64,000 bases of DNA from the human T2T-CHM13v2.0 reference genome, Homo sapiens: the NCBI RefSeq assembly GCF_009914755.1, contig NC_060928.1; one strand, written 5' to 3'. A program made the position numbers and the translations under genes. The notes beneath the pieces are model-generated. The model was not told the DNA's origin and ran no database searches. It worked only from the letters and a program-made list of their open reading frames with translations. Of the stretch, positions 26,205-38,712 are shown piece by piece (within the stretch, counting starts at the first letter, position 1; every line of letters starts with the position of its first letter).

Positions 26205-28882
26205 CGGTAAGTCACATTCCACCCCTCCCTCGGCAGCTCGTTTACGACCCAAAACGGGGATACAAACGCCCCTGAGAGAGCAGCGGTATACAGGGATAGA
26301 TGAGGATGGTCACGTGGTGGAGAGGCGTTTTTGGGTACCAGCCCTTCACCTCCGTCGACCTTCTCAACTGCAAAAACAATACACCGCCCTATACCAAAAA
26401 GCCACAAGCTCTAATTGATTTGCTCCAAACTATTATCCAGACCCACAACCACACCTGGGCTGATTGGCACCAGTTGCTCATGTTCCTCTTTAACAGCGAA
26501 GAAAGGCGGAGAGTCCTGCAAGCAGCAACTAAGTGGCTAGAGGAACATGCACCAGCTGATTAGCAAAACCCCCAAGAGTATGGAAGGACCCATTTACCAG
26601 GAACCGATCCCCAGTTGGACCCACATGAAACAGAGGATATGCAAAGGCTAAACCGAGACAGGGAAGCTCTCTTGGAAGGATTAATGAGGGGAGCTCAGAA
26701 GGCCACAAACGTTAGCAAGCTCTCTGAGGTCATTCAGGGAAAAGAAGAAAGTGCAGCACAATTCTACAAGAGACTGCATGAGGCCTATCGTATGTATACT
26801 CCCTCTGATCCCGATAGCCCTGAAATCAGTGCATGATTCACATGGTTTTAGTCCGTCAAAATGCAGAAGACATGAGAAGAAAACTGCAGAAAGAGGCTGG
26901 GCTTGCAGGGATGAATCCACCACAATTACTAGAAATAGCTAGCCAGGTGTTTGTAAACAGGGATGCAGCAAGCCCTAAGGAAAACGGCAAAGAGAATGGA
27001 GGTCAGGCCTGGAGAAACACCGACCTGGTTGTTAGCTGCAGCAATCAGAGGGGACCCCCAAAGAGGCAAGGGAAGGGGGGCCCCGGGAAAGAAACTCAGC
27101 TTGGCTGTCAGAGTTTGCAGCATACCCAGTGTGTTTATAGTAAAGAAATAAGACGGTGGAAGAACAAGTGCCCTCAGCTCAAAAGAAAACAAGGTGACTC
27201 AGAGCAGGAGGCCCCGGACGAGGAGGAAGGGGCCCTGCTCAACCTGGCAGAAGGGTTCTTGGACTGAGGGAGACCAGGCTCAAGCGTCCCCAAGAGCCTC
27301 TGGTCAGAATGACAGTCCGGGGTAGAGACATTGATTTTCTTGTAAATAGAGGTGCTGAACATTCGCTAGTAACTGCCCCGGTTGCCCCCTTATCCAAAAA
27401 GATGATTGACATCATCGGAGCCATGGGGGTTTCAGCAAAGCAAGCTTTCTGCTTGCCTCGGACTCGTACTGTAGGAGGACATAAAGTCATTCATCAGTTT
27501 TGGTACATGCCTGACTGTCCCTTGCCCTTTATGGGAAGGGACTTGCTCAGCAAGCTGAGAGCCACTATCTCTTTGACAGAGCACGGCTCTTTGCTGCCAA
27601 AGTTACCCAGAACGGGAGTCATTATGACCCTTATGGTCCCCGAGAGGAGGAATGGAGACTTTTCTGAACTGAGCCAGGCCAAGAGAGAAGACCAGCTCTG
27701 GCTAAGCGGTGGCCAAGAGTACGGGCGGAAGACAACCCTCCGGGATTGGCCAGTTAAGACTGGGGCCCAGCCGGTTAGGCAAAAACAGGACCCGGTCCCC
27801 AGAGAAGCCCTTCAAGGTATCCAGGTCCGTCTCAAGCACCTAAGAACTTTTGGAATTATTGTTCCTTGTCAGTCTGCGTGGAACACTCCCCTCCTGCCTG
27901 TTCCCAAGCCACGGACCAAGGACTACCGGCCGGTACAGGATTTGCGCTTGCTTCATCAAGCTACACTGACTTTACATCCAACAGTACCTAACCCGTCCAC
28001 ATTGTTGGGGTTGCTGCCAGCTGAGGACAGCTGGTTCACCTGCTTTGACCTGAAAGATGCTTTCTTTCCTATCAGATTAGCCCCCGAGAGGCAGAAGCTG
28101 TTTGCCTTTCAGTGGGAAGATCCGGAGTCAGGTGTCACTACTCAGTACACTTGGACCGGGCTTCCCCAAGGGTTCAAGAACTCCCCCCACCATCTTTGGG
28201 GAGGCATTGGCTCGAGACCTCCAGAAGTTTCCCAGCAGAGACCTAGGCTGCGTGTTGCTCCAGTAGGTTGATGACCTTCTGCTGGGACACCCCACGGCAG
28301 TTGGGTGTGCCAAGGGAACAGATGCCCTACACCGGCACCTGGAGGACTGTGGGTAGAAGGTGTCCAAGAAGAAAGCTCAGATCTGCCGACAGCAGGTACC
28401 TTACTTGGGATTTACTATCTGACAGGGGTCGGAAGGCAGCCCAGGATCAGAAAGAAAGCAGGTCATTTGCAATCTACCGGAGCCTAAGGGCAGAAAGCAG
28501 GTGAGAGAATTCTTAGGAGCTGTGGGGTTTTGTAGACAGTGGATCCCAAACTTTGAAGTATTAGCCAAGCCTTTGTATGAGGTCCCAAAGTGGGCGGGGT
28601 CCGGGAACCTTTGGAATGGGGATCCCAACAACAGCAAGTCTTTCCTGAGTTAAAGGAAAAACTTCTGGCAGCCCCAGCCCTGGGGCTACCCGATCTGACA
28701 AAGCCTTTTCCATTTTATGTGTCAGAGAGAGAAAAGATGGCAGCTGGACTTTTCACCCAAACTGTGGGGCCCTGGCTGAGGCCACCGGCCTACCTCTCTA
28801 AACAACTAGATGAGGTAACTAAAGTATGGCCCCCCTGTTTGAGGGCCTTGGCAGCAACTGCCCTGCTAGTACAAGAAGTAAA
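26205..28882 (+). mobile_element. HERV-E-like (gammaretrovirus-class) internal fragment: defective gag-pro-pol, no LTRs, no env
   Basis: Capsid YQPFTS..LLN and MHR-like VIQGKEESAAQFYKRL; gag stop TGA 27265-27267; protease FLVNRGAEHS (DTG lost); RT WNTPLLPV, DYRPVQDLR, DLKDAFF, LPQGFKNSP, LQ*VDD; ends in LLAAPALGLPDLTKPF...ALLVQE; many stops and frameshifts. Confidence 0.9.
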
Positions 28883-29406
28883 TGAGACCAGACTATTGTA
28901 GGGCATGGGAAGGGCCGGGGCCTCTGCAGGCCCTGAGGATCGCCATGTTTCCTTCTTTAGTTTTTGAGACTTTGGTGAAGATCCTCTGCCTGCTTCTAGC
29001 ACACACGTCCTGACCTCCTTTCCCCTTCAAGACACAAGATGGCGCTTTAAGCCTGGTTGTTGAGAAAGAGGACTCCAAACGCTTGAGTTTCTTCCCTCTG
29101 CTCACTCTCAGATGTGGCTTGCAAGGGAATCTGTGGGGTCCACCTCTCCACAGCTTGGTGGGTGGATTCTATCTTCCTCCTCGGACAGGGGAGGACCAGC
29201 AGCCAATCACTCCTTCCTGCCGGAGAATGAAGTGGCACTCAAACTGTTTTTCTGACATCAGTAACAGCTGCCCACACTCCTCCGGCAGGCATCTCTGAAA
29301 CATCAGTTTTGGGTGATTGGTCTAAGCCAAGGACCTTTGATATCAAGGGTAAGTCCGCTACCCTTTGCTGGAGATGGGCACGGAGTGGGCATGTGAAGAG
29401 TGCCAG

Positions 29407-29462
29407 ACCAGGCATTGACAAACTATGGCTCATGAGAAGAATGGAGTGTACATTTTGAAAGG

Positions 29463-29553
<91 letters not shown>

Positions 29554-29633
29554 ATATGCTGCAGGGATCATACACGACCCGACCAACCTAAAATACTATC
29601 TGTTCCTTTATAGGAAATGCTTACAGACCCCTG
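29407..29633. mobile_element. MER58-type hAT-Charlie MITE hosting the microsatellite
   Basis: caggcattgacaaactatggc ... tatctgttcctttataggaaatgcttacagacccctg termini. Confidence 0.55.
29467..29552. repeat. Compound microsatellite (TC)18(AC)18(AG)7, the DRD5 upstream (CT/GT/GA)n marker
   Basis: Counted directly; 18.3 kb 5' of the DRD5 ATG. Confidence 0.9.
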
Positions 29634-29948
29634 GTCTAAACACTGAGAGGTAAGGGGACTCTGTTGCGCCACCCTGGAAGGATTTTGATCCCTAAATAAG
29701 AAGAGGTGAGGAGGGAGCCTGCCCTTCCTCATGGCTTGAATGTGCTTGTGAGAGGCAGTCAAGCCTGGAACTGTGGCAGCCGGCTTGTGACCATGAAGCA
29801 ACCAGCCCGAGAAGAAAGGCCCACCTGCCGAGGAGGGAACAGGAGCCTGGGGCCTCAAGGATGTTGCTGAGCCTCCGTGTGCCCCTGGAGCCGCCTTCCT
29901 CTGGAGTTCTTGTGATGGCAGATAATTCAATGTTGTCATTGTTCAAGC

Positions 29949-30153
29949 CAGGGGTGGGTGAACTTTTTCCATAAAGGGCCACGTGGAAAACATTTTAGGC
30001 TCTGGGTGTGCCATGAGATCTCTGTGGACACTACGACCCTAAAAACAACCATAGACAATGTGTAAATGAATGGGTACACCTATGGTCCAATAAAACTTTA
30101 TTTATAAAAATAGGTGGTGGGCTGGATTTGGCCCTGAGGGTCAGAGTTTCCTG
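29949..30153. mobile_element. MER58A MITE inside an MLT1 remnant (about 29695-30205)
   Basis: caggggtgggtgaactttttccataaagggcc...ccaataaaactttattta...gggctggatttggccc. Confidence 0.7.
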
Positions 30154-31192
30154 TGTATTTTGTTTGTTTGTTTGTTACTTGCAGCTGACCTGTCCTAACT
30201 AGTATTCCCTGAAGTCGGCCTCAGCTCAGAAGTGCCCTTGGGTTCTAAGCCACAGGGGCTAAGCTTGAGTGTGGGCGGGGTCTGCAGCAGGGTGGTGGGA
30301 GGGATAAGCACATAAAGCCCCACCCACTGATCTGTCCTTTCTATGGTCCAGGTTGTGCTTTCCTGCAATTTCTTCTCATCATGGGCCTAGCAATCATGAT
30401 GGGAAGGCACCACTTTAACAGAATGCTTTCAGCATTTCCAGGTGGTCCCTGCTTGCCCTCAACACTACACGCAGGCCTCAGCCTCCACACCTAGCACGTT
30501 TGTTAAGCAAGACTAAGCCACATGAAGCAACAGGGCAAGGGGAGGGCCCTTGTGTCCGCAGGGTCCCATGGCAGAAGTGTGGTTCGGGGAGAAATGGGGG
30601 AGTGTGCCCTTCCCTGAACAAGCACATTCCCTCAGTGTGGAGGAGCCCCTCCAACAATTTACAAGTGCTATGATGACACGATGCTCATTCAGACCATCAG
30701 CTGCAGACGGATTGCAGAAATACGTGAGGGCTGTGTCCTCAGAGGTAGGATGTGGTTGCTCCTTGTCCCTAAGCTGGGCCCTGAAGGTAGGGCAGGATTC
30801 CAGCCAGAGTGAATGGACAGTGAGGCTTTGGGGAAGGGCTCAGATTGCCTCTCGTGCTTGTGTTCACAGATTCTTGATGATTGGTCATTCTCCAGGGAGA
30901 CAAGGCTTCGAGGCCAGGTCTCTGCTCTGAGTTGCCTTCACCACCCTGCACCTTGGTGGCAGTAAGAGAGCGACCTCAAAGGGCCACTGAGAGAATCGTG
31001 GGGGATGCATGTACAGCTCCAGGTATGGCACCCATGCCAGCCCATGGCAAGCTCTTACTACGGTTGCAGGTGTAATTTCCAGTCTCTGCCTCCAGGGATT
31101 GCTGCTGAGCACAGACAGACGTTTCCCTGCTTACAGAGTGAGGCCGCCAAGATGATTCTCGGATCTCTGGTTTGTATACAGCCCAAATAGCC

Positions 31193-31655
31193 TGTGAAAG
31201 GGGGAATGATAACCCCCAAAGATGTCCATGTCCTAACCTCCAGAACTAGTGAACGGGATGTTGGCAGAAGAGACTCTGTGGATGAGATTACTTCAAAGAT
31301 TTGCAATGGGGATTCTATCATGGGTTATCTGTTTGGATACGCAATGTAATCACAAAATGTCCTTATAAGTGAAGAGGGAGGCTGAGGAGATTTGACTACA
31401 GAAGAGAAGGTGATGTGACAGTGGAGGCAGAGATTGGAGTGATGTGGCCACAATTCACAATACCAGCAGCCACCAAAGAGGCAAGGAATGGATTCTCCTC
31501 TAGGGTTTCTACCAAGGGCCCTGGCAACACTTCAATTTTAGTCCAGGAAGACTCGTTTTGGATTTGTGACCTCCAGAACTATGAGAGAATACATCGGCAT
31601 TCTTTGAAGCCACCAGGTTTGCAGTAGTGTGTTAGAGCAGCGTGGAAAATCCATT
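31193..31655 (+). mobile_element. MLT1C/D-type LTR
   Basis: cccccaaagatgtccatgtcctaa...ggaggcagagattggagtgatg...tgacctccagaactatgagagaata. Confidence 0.75.
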
Positions 31656-31699
31656 GAGTCCCATTGCCCTGCTTTTTGTGCCTTGTACAAAAGCAGAAA

Positions 31700-32410
31700 A
31701 TGGCATGGATGGAATGGGAGGTCATTATGTTAAGTGAAACAAGCCAGACACAGAAAGACACACATTGCATGTTCTCACTGATTTGTGGGATCTAAAAATC
31801 AAAACAGTTGAACTCATGGAGCTAGAGAGTAGAAGGGTGGTTACCAGAGGCTGGGAAGAGGAGTGGGGGGCTGAGGGCAGGTGGGGATGATGTTAGAAAG
31901 AATGAATAAGATGTACTGTTTGATCACACAGCAGGATGACTGTAGTCAATAATAACTTAATAGTACATTTACAAATAACTAAAAGAGTGTAATTGGATTG
32001 TTCGTATTAGAAAGGATAAATGCGCTGGGTGCGGTGGCTCATGCCTGTAATCCCAGCACTTTGGGAGGCCGAGGCGGGTGGATCATGAGGTCAGGAGATC
32101 GAGAGCATCCTGGTGAACACTGTGAAACCCCATCTGTACTGAAAATACAAAAAATGCTGCTCGGGAGGCTGAGGCAGGAGAATGTCATGAACCCGGGGGG
32201 TGGAGCTTGCAGTGAGCAGAGATGCAGAGATTATGCCATTGCACTCCAGCCTGGGCGACAGAGCTAGACTCCGTCTCAAAAAAAAAAAGAAAGGATAAAT
32301 CCTTCAGGGATGGACACCCCATTCTCCATGATGTGCTTATTTCACAGTGCATGTCTGTATCAAAACATCTCATGTACCTCACATATATATGCACCTACTA
32401 TGTACCCAGA
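31700..32410 (+). mobile_element. L1MA/L1PB 3' end interrupted by an AluY-like element (32022-32287)
   Basis: L1 3'UTR ending catctcatgtacc...tactatgtaccc plus poly-A; Alu TSD agaaaggataaat; Alu carries an internal deletion. Confidence 0.82.
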
Positions 32411-32997
32411 AAAAAACAAAAAAGAGTATAAAAGAAAAAAAAAAACCCAAAAGCAGAGAAGAGGGCAAATGAGAGTCGGGGACTGTGATCTCAGTTTGCC
32501 CAGGATGAAGCCGGGTGACCTGGTTACAGAGCAAGCCCCTTGGCTTCTTGAGCTCCCATCTGCAGAGTGAGGGGCGGATGCAGGGGAAGGGTGTGACTTC
32601 GATGAACATTCCCTCCAGGTGTCTCTGCCCTCGGCCCCCTCTCAGGATTGTTTGTAGCTCTTTGCCTATTCTTGGCCATTTGGAGTTTTCAGGGGCCCTA
32701 CTAGGTCCTCTTGACTTCTCACTTGGCTCTCCTTGGTGGTCTAATTCATGGCCAAGGGCCCACCTGCCATCCGGACACTGCTTTTCAACCTGACCTCTCA
32801 GCTCCAGGCTGGTTATTTCCAACAGCCTACTTGGGTGTCTCAAAGGCACTTTACACTCAATGTGTCCAACACTGAACTCAAGGCTCCCGGCATCACCAGC
32901 CAGTTATCCCTCCACATTTCCAACCCCATGGATTGCACCAGTGTCTGTCCATTATGCAAGCCGGGCTGCAAAGGCTGTCTTGATGCTGCCGTTATGC

Positions 32998-33627
32998 TGT
33001 TGGGGCTCAGAACATGACACCCCAAAGCATGGTGCCTCAGCCTGAGTATTTTGAACTGAAGGACATTGGAAGGAACTCAGAAGCCAGGTCTTTCCAACCT
33101 TCTCCTCACACCCTCTCTTCTGCTTGCCTTCATCCTCCAAAGTGAGTCACAGAAACCAGAATTTATCTTCCTCAAGATGGGTCATAGAACCTAGAAACCC
33201 TCCTGCTAAAGCAAACCATAAAACCTAGAAAGGTCACTCTCATCTTCTCCTTCTCCTTTGAAAACTCTCATTTCAGTAGGGGTCCTGCCCCATACCTGGG
33301 AGGAAGGAAGCCTACACAGAGAGGCTGAGAAAAATCTGAGCAGACAGTTTTGCTGGGTCCCCTTTTAGTCTGTTCCCAGTAGGTCATACCCATTTGTTCA
33401 ATCACATTTCTATCCGGCTGTCCATTCTTCATCTAACCTATGCATAAAAATCAACAGTTTTCCCTCGGCCTTTGGGTTGCCATTTCTGAAGCCTCCCATG
33501 TCACATAAAACTTGGATTAAATAAATTTGCTCTGCTTTTCTCTTGTTAATGTGTCTTTTCCTATAGGAGTGTCAGCCATGACCCTTAAGATGGATAAGTA
33601 AAGGACTCACACCTTCACAGCCCTACA
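32998..33627 (+). mobile_element. ERV1-class solo LTR (MER39/MER31-like)
   Basis: tgttggggctcagaacatgacaccccaaag...ccctaca; TG...CA ends; aataaa near 3' end. Confidence 0.65.
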
Positions 33628-33629
33628 GC

Positions 33630-34380
33630 CCCATCTCCCTTCAGTAGCCACACCTGCCACTTCTACCCACAAATACTTGGATTCCACTCATCTCTTCCCA
33701 TCATCATTCCTACCTCTCAATTCTCTGTCACCATCATCTCTTGATGGGTCTTCTGGAGCAGCTTCCTCACTCATCTCTCCAGTTCATCCCTTGCTTCTAC
33801 CAGTCTGTCCTTGCTATGGCAAGAGGGGCATTTGAGAAAGGCAATTACATGGTTACCCCTCCCCTGCTCAGCACCCTCCAATTTGATGGACACCAAAATC
33901 CTTGCCTTGGTCCCCTTGGTCCTGCATGCCCTCCTCTCTGGCCTCATCTCAAGCCACTGCCCTCGTGCTGCACTCTTCCTCTGTAATCCACATTGCCGGC
34001 TTCTTGTGTTTCTTGAACATGCCATGCTCCCTCCTGCTGCAGCAGGACCTTGCACTTGCTGCTTCCTCTTCTTTCTTCTAGTGAATTCTTACTCCTCCTT
34101 CAGCTCTCCATTCAAGCCAGTGCCTCAGGGAAGTCTTCCCTCACCTCTAGACCAGGTTTAGTGTCCCTGCCATGAAGCCTCACAACACCATCTAGCTTTC
34201 CTTCCTTGCATCTGTCATAGCTTTTGATCATACAATGATGTGTGGGACTTTCTGAATAGTGGTCCCTCTTTACCAATTAACTGTGAGCCTCAAGAGGAAG
34301 GAACAACGTCTGTTTGCTCCCCCTCTGTATCCCTAGTGATGGTAGAAGGGGAGCTCAATCATTATCCTCAAATGAACTAA
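33630..34380 (+). mobile_element. L2 3' fragment
   Basis: Degenerate L2 motifs ending gagctcaatcattatcctcaaatgaa. Confidence 0.55.
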
Positions 34381-34398
34381 AAAGAAAGGATGCTTAGA

Positions 34399-34686
34399 TT
34401 TTTTTTTTTTTTTAGACAGGGTCTTGCTCTGTTGCCCAGATGTGATGATCACAGTTCACTGCAGCCTCGACCTCTGGGGCTCAAGTGATCCTCCCACCTC
34501 AGCCTCCCAGGTAGCTAGGACTACATGCATTCGCCTCTATGCCTGGCTAATTTTTGTATTCTTTTTTTTAGAGATGGGCTATCGTTACGTTGCCCAAACT
34601 CGTCTCGAACTCCTGGGCTAAAGTAATCTGCCTACCTCGGCCTCCCAAAGTACTGGGATTACAGGCAGGAGCCACTGTGTCTGGCC
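34399..34686 (-). mobile_element. AluJ element
   Basis: gacagggtcttgctctgttgccc...cactgcagcctcgacctctggggctcaagtgatcc. Confidence 0.85.
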
Positions 34687-35699
34687 CAATGCTTAAGATC
34701 TTTTGAGACAAAAAGGAGGAAGTGGGAGATAGTTTCAATACGACAGGAAGCTCCGGAAAAAAAAAAAAAAAAAAAAAAAAACAACAACCAAAAACACACC
34801 CCCCAACTCCTGCAAAAACATACATGTATTTATTTGATATTTGGCTGTGCAGGTTAAAAAGTTATTTATTTATTTATTTGCTTTTGGAAAAACTCAAGTC
34901 AGCTTGATGAGGTCACTTTTTCCTGCCACTCGTTCCTGTTTGGGGAGTAAAGGGACTTCCATGGTCTGGATGGATAATTGTGATGAGGAGGTAACCGGGA
35001 TTGCCCTGAGAGAATGGACTGTGAGATTTCGGGGATGGAAGCTGCGTCTTCATCTCTATAATCCCTTGTTTGGCACAGCGTCAGCCTGAGGAGATGCTTG
35101 GTGGCAAATATGAATTATGGCACACACTGTTAATTTCTTACCCAGGAGCAGTTCCTTTGCTTGTTAACAGAAAATCCTGATTTTGCCCGGAGAAACAAAA
35201 TGTCCAGTGTCAGGTGATGACTCATGGTTGGTTTAAGCCAGGCTGGGGCCTTTTGTTCCTTTTTGCCTGATATTTGAAAGAGTTTACAGTAGGGACTGTC
35301 CTGTGGTCCACTTTTGGATAATGAGACATAAGGAGAAGTCTGCTGTGTCCTACTAAGAAGATTTTCTTCACTGGTTAAAGATGAGAGACACATCAAGAAA
35401 AGCCCCCTTGACATAGCTTCCTCCATCTTGCTCCTGGAGTCTGAACTTGGTCATGATGGCTGGAGCTATAACAGCCATCCTGTGACCATGAGTCTCCAAG
35501 GGTATAAAGCAGTAATATTCAGGAAGGTGGAGCCTTTGGACAAAAAGATAAAAGGAATCTGGGGCCTCAGCTACATCACTGAGCCTTTCCAAGCCCTTGC
35601 CTTCTTCCTCTTAAATCCTGTTATGTTAGATAACTAAATGTCTTTATTGCAAAAGCCACAAGTAGTCAGGCTTTCTGTTATTCACAGCTGAAAGCATTT

Positions 35700-36900
35700 C
35701 CCTTATTTTCAAATAATTTCAGACTTATAGAAGAATTAATTGTAAGGCAAAGAACTTTCATGCCCTTCACCCACATTCACCAATTGTTATTTGCCACATT
35801 TACTTTCTCCATCTATAGAGTCTATTCTACTCTATTATCTTTCCCTGAACCATTTGAAATTCAGTTGCAGGCATCCTTCTCCTCTCCCTTAAACATTTCA
35901 GAACATATTCCCTTAGAACAAGAAGAGTCTAGTGCTGAAGTTCAGGGAATTTGAGGTTGATGCCATACAATCACCTAGTCCTTGATAATTGTCTAATATA
36001 CAGTTCACTTAAAATTTTGCCAACAGTCTCAATAATGCCCTTTAAGGCATGTTTCCCCTGATCCAGCTGTCATAACTTTTTAGTCTACTTTAATCTGGAA
36101 CAGTTCCTCTACCTCTTTTTGTCTATCATGGAGTTGACACCAATGAATAGTTCAGGTCAGTCCTTGAAGGTCCCTCCATCTGTGTTTGTCCGATGTTTCC
36201 TCCGGGGACTGGAATGCTACAGAAGCGATGCTGTGTTCTCAGTGTATCACATCAAGAGACACTTGGCACCTATTTGTCCTATTCCTGGTGATGTTAACTT
36301 TGTTCAGCTCATTAAGGGAGGACCTGCTGGGTTTCTCTACTGTTAAGTTACCACTTTTTCTCTTTGCAATTAATAAACCATATGAGTGGAAGTGCTATGA
36401 GACAATGAAAATATACTTTACCTTTTTAAATTTTCACTCAGTGATGATTCTTCCTTGAATAAACTATTATGATCATGCAAATGGAGTTTTCTATTATTCC
36501 CTTTGTATTTATTCACTGGCATTCTACTGTAAGAAAGTCTTCTTCCTTCTTCCCTCCCTCCCTCCCTCCCTCTCTTCTTTCTTTTCTTCCTTCCCTTTTC
36601 TTTCTTTCTATAGCTATAGGTTCTCATTTTATTCAATAGACTATAATCTACCATTATCATTATTAATTTGGATGCTCACATCATCCCAGATTTGGCCAAT
36701 GGAAGCCCCTTCAAGTTGATTGATGTGTCCTTTGACATGTCCCTGCCATTTTTTAAATGCTTCCTTGCTTTCTGGAACCACACAGCACTCTGGGCTCACC
36801 TTGTACTTCCCTCCCCCAGCGTTAGCATCAGCCACTTCTCCAAGGAGCTCTGAGTCCTTTTAGTGAAGGGTGGTGTTTATAAACCACAATCTGGATGGTT
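35700..36900 (-). mobile_element. Ancient L1MC/ME-type 3' region
   Basis: aataatttcagacttatagaag...cccagatttggccaatggaagccccttcaag...atcagccacttctccaaggagc. Confidence 0.65.
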
Positions 36901-38597
36901 TGTGGATATTGCAAAGCATTCAGTCAGAAGCCATGGGAAATGGAGCAACATTTATTGAAACTTATATTAGTCAAGCAACTTAATGCTAGGCTAAGCTGCA
37001 GTGAGTAATAATCCCTAACCTCAGTGACAGTGCAGAAAAAGAAGGGTTTCATATCTGGAGTGTGATGCAGGTCAATGGGAGTTTCCTTCACCTGGTGACT
37101 CAGGTATCCAGGCACATTCATTTCTGCAGGTCTGCCTTCTTGACATGAGGTCACTGCAGAAGGAGAGAGGGTGTAGAGTCATGCCAGTTCTTAGGTGCTC
37201 CTGACAAGGAGATCTGCAGCACTCTGCTCACATTCCTGTTTTCCAGAACTCAGCCAGTACCCAACACAACTGCCAAAGAGTCTGGGAAGCATAGAGAGTG
37301 CACAGATAGCTGGAGATCCCTCATCACTATTGTCATGATATGTTCATCTATGCAATACATATCAATGGGTTCATCCCAGTCAGGCTGACTCCAAGAAGCT
37401 AAGATGACTTCACCTTGAGTGGTTTGCAGCTGAGAAAGAAAGGTAAGTCAGCACCGAGCGAACAGATCATTCACTTCAGTGGGCTGTTGAGCTGTGCTAG
37501 AGGCAGGTGCAGCGTGCTGCAGAAATACAGAGGGTGGCTACTACCCTGGAGTCTTGAGGAGATCCTGGTGTGCATTGGTGTGGGGTTTGAAATGTGAATG
37601 GGCACTCACCCCCTTCAAGAAGAAGTGGGAAGGACATTTCAGACAGGGGCAAGTGCAAAGGCACAGGGCCTGAAAGAACTAGGCTGGGAGAAGAGGACAG
37701 CGTTGGAATGGGTGGAAGAGGGGTCTGCTGGGGAAAGCTGGGGAAGCAAGAGATGAGGCTGGACAAGCAGATTGTGAAGGGCCACACTGAGGAGCTGGGA
37801 ATTAGTGCATTAATTTTTATTAATTGGATTAATGATTAATAATGTGGGTTGCAGGGAATCATAGGGAGTATGAAGAACACTGTGGTTGTGTTTTAGGAGG
37901 ATTGCCTTGGTGGTAGAATGTTGGATGGAGGAGATAGGAGTGGGGGTGAAGACATCAGCACTGAGAGACCTGCCCAACAGCTCTGGCAGCCATGCAAGCA
38001 AAAAGCATCAAGGACCTGAATTAGGAGGTGGCACTGGGGATGGATAGAAGGGGTTGGCTGGTGGAGCCATTTTGAGATAATGAATCAATGATAGCTTCCA
38101 TCTATTGTGGATTGTCAAGATGTATTATTGGCTCACAATCCTTCCTGGCCTTTCCACATTCCTGCGACTTCCCTGTGGACAGGACAGAGCAGATTTCTTA
38201 CTGTGCACATGACCAGCTTTGGCTAGAGATGCATGAGCAGAGTTAGTGCACACCTGGTCTGACCGGAGGCTCTAACAGAATGTGGTGTTGGGTGGCCGCA
38301 TTGACCCCACCCCTGCACAATGAGAAGAGCAAGCTCCAGGGAACCACCGGCCTCTGAATGAGACACACAGAAGCAAACAGAGCCTGGCCCCCAGTCTGAG
38401 GCAAGGCTTCCCAGCTGACTGCAAATTATTAACAAGAAATAAACACTTGTTTTAAGCTGCTGAGACCCTGGGGCTGTGTGTTATGTAGCATTGCTGTAAA
38501 AAAAACTTGACCAATACAGGGACTTGCACTTTTGTAAGTACAGCATCTCATTTACCCATGATATCTCTTCATAGTAAGCATTAGGGATGCCATTTTA

Positions 38598-38712
38598 TTT
38601 TTTTTTTTATTTTTTTTTTTATTATACTCTAAGTTTTAGGGTACATGTGCACATTGTGCAGGTTAGTTACATATGTATACATGTGCCATGCTGGTGCGCT
38701 GCACCCACTAAT
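38598..38712 (-). mobile_element. Severely 5'-truncated L1HS (Ta) insertion within a MIR
   Basis: Reverse complement attagtgggtgcagcgcaccagcatggcacatgtatac...taaaacttagagtataat plus poly-A; perfect TSD ggatgccatttta at 38585-38597 and 38713-38725. Confidence 0.9.

Noticed and set aside
27309-28271. 320-aa protease/RT ORF as an active reverse transcriptase or novel retroelement system
   Set aside because: Protease Asp lost (NRG), internal frameshifts, YVDD broken by TAG, degenerate gag zinc knuckle, no LTR, integrase or env
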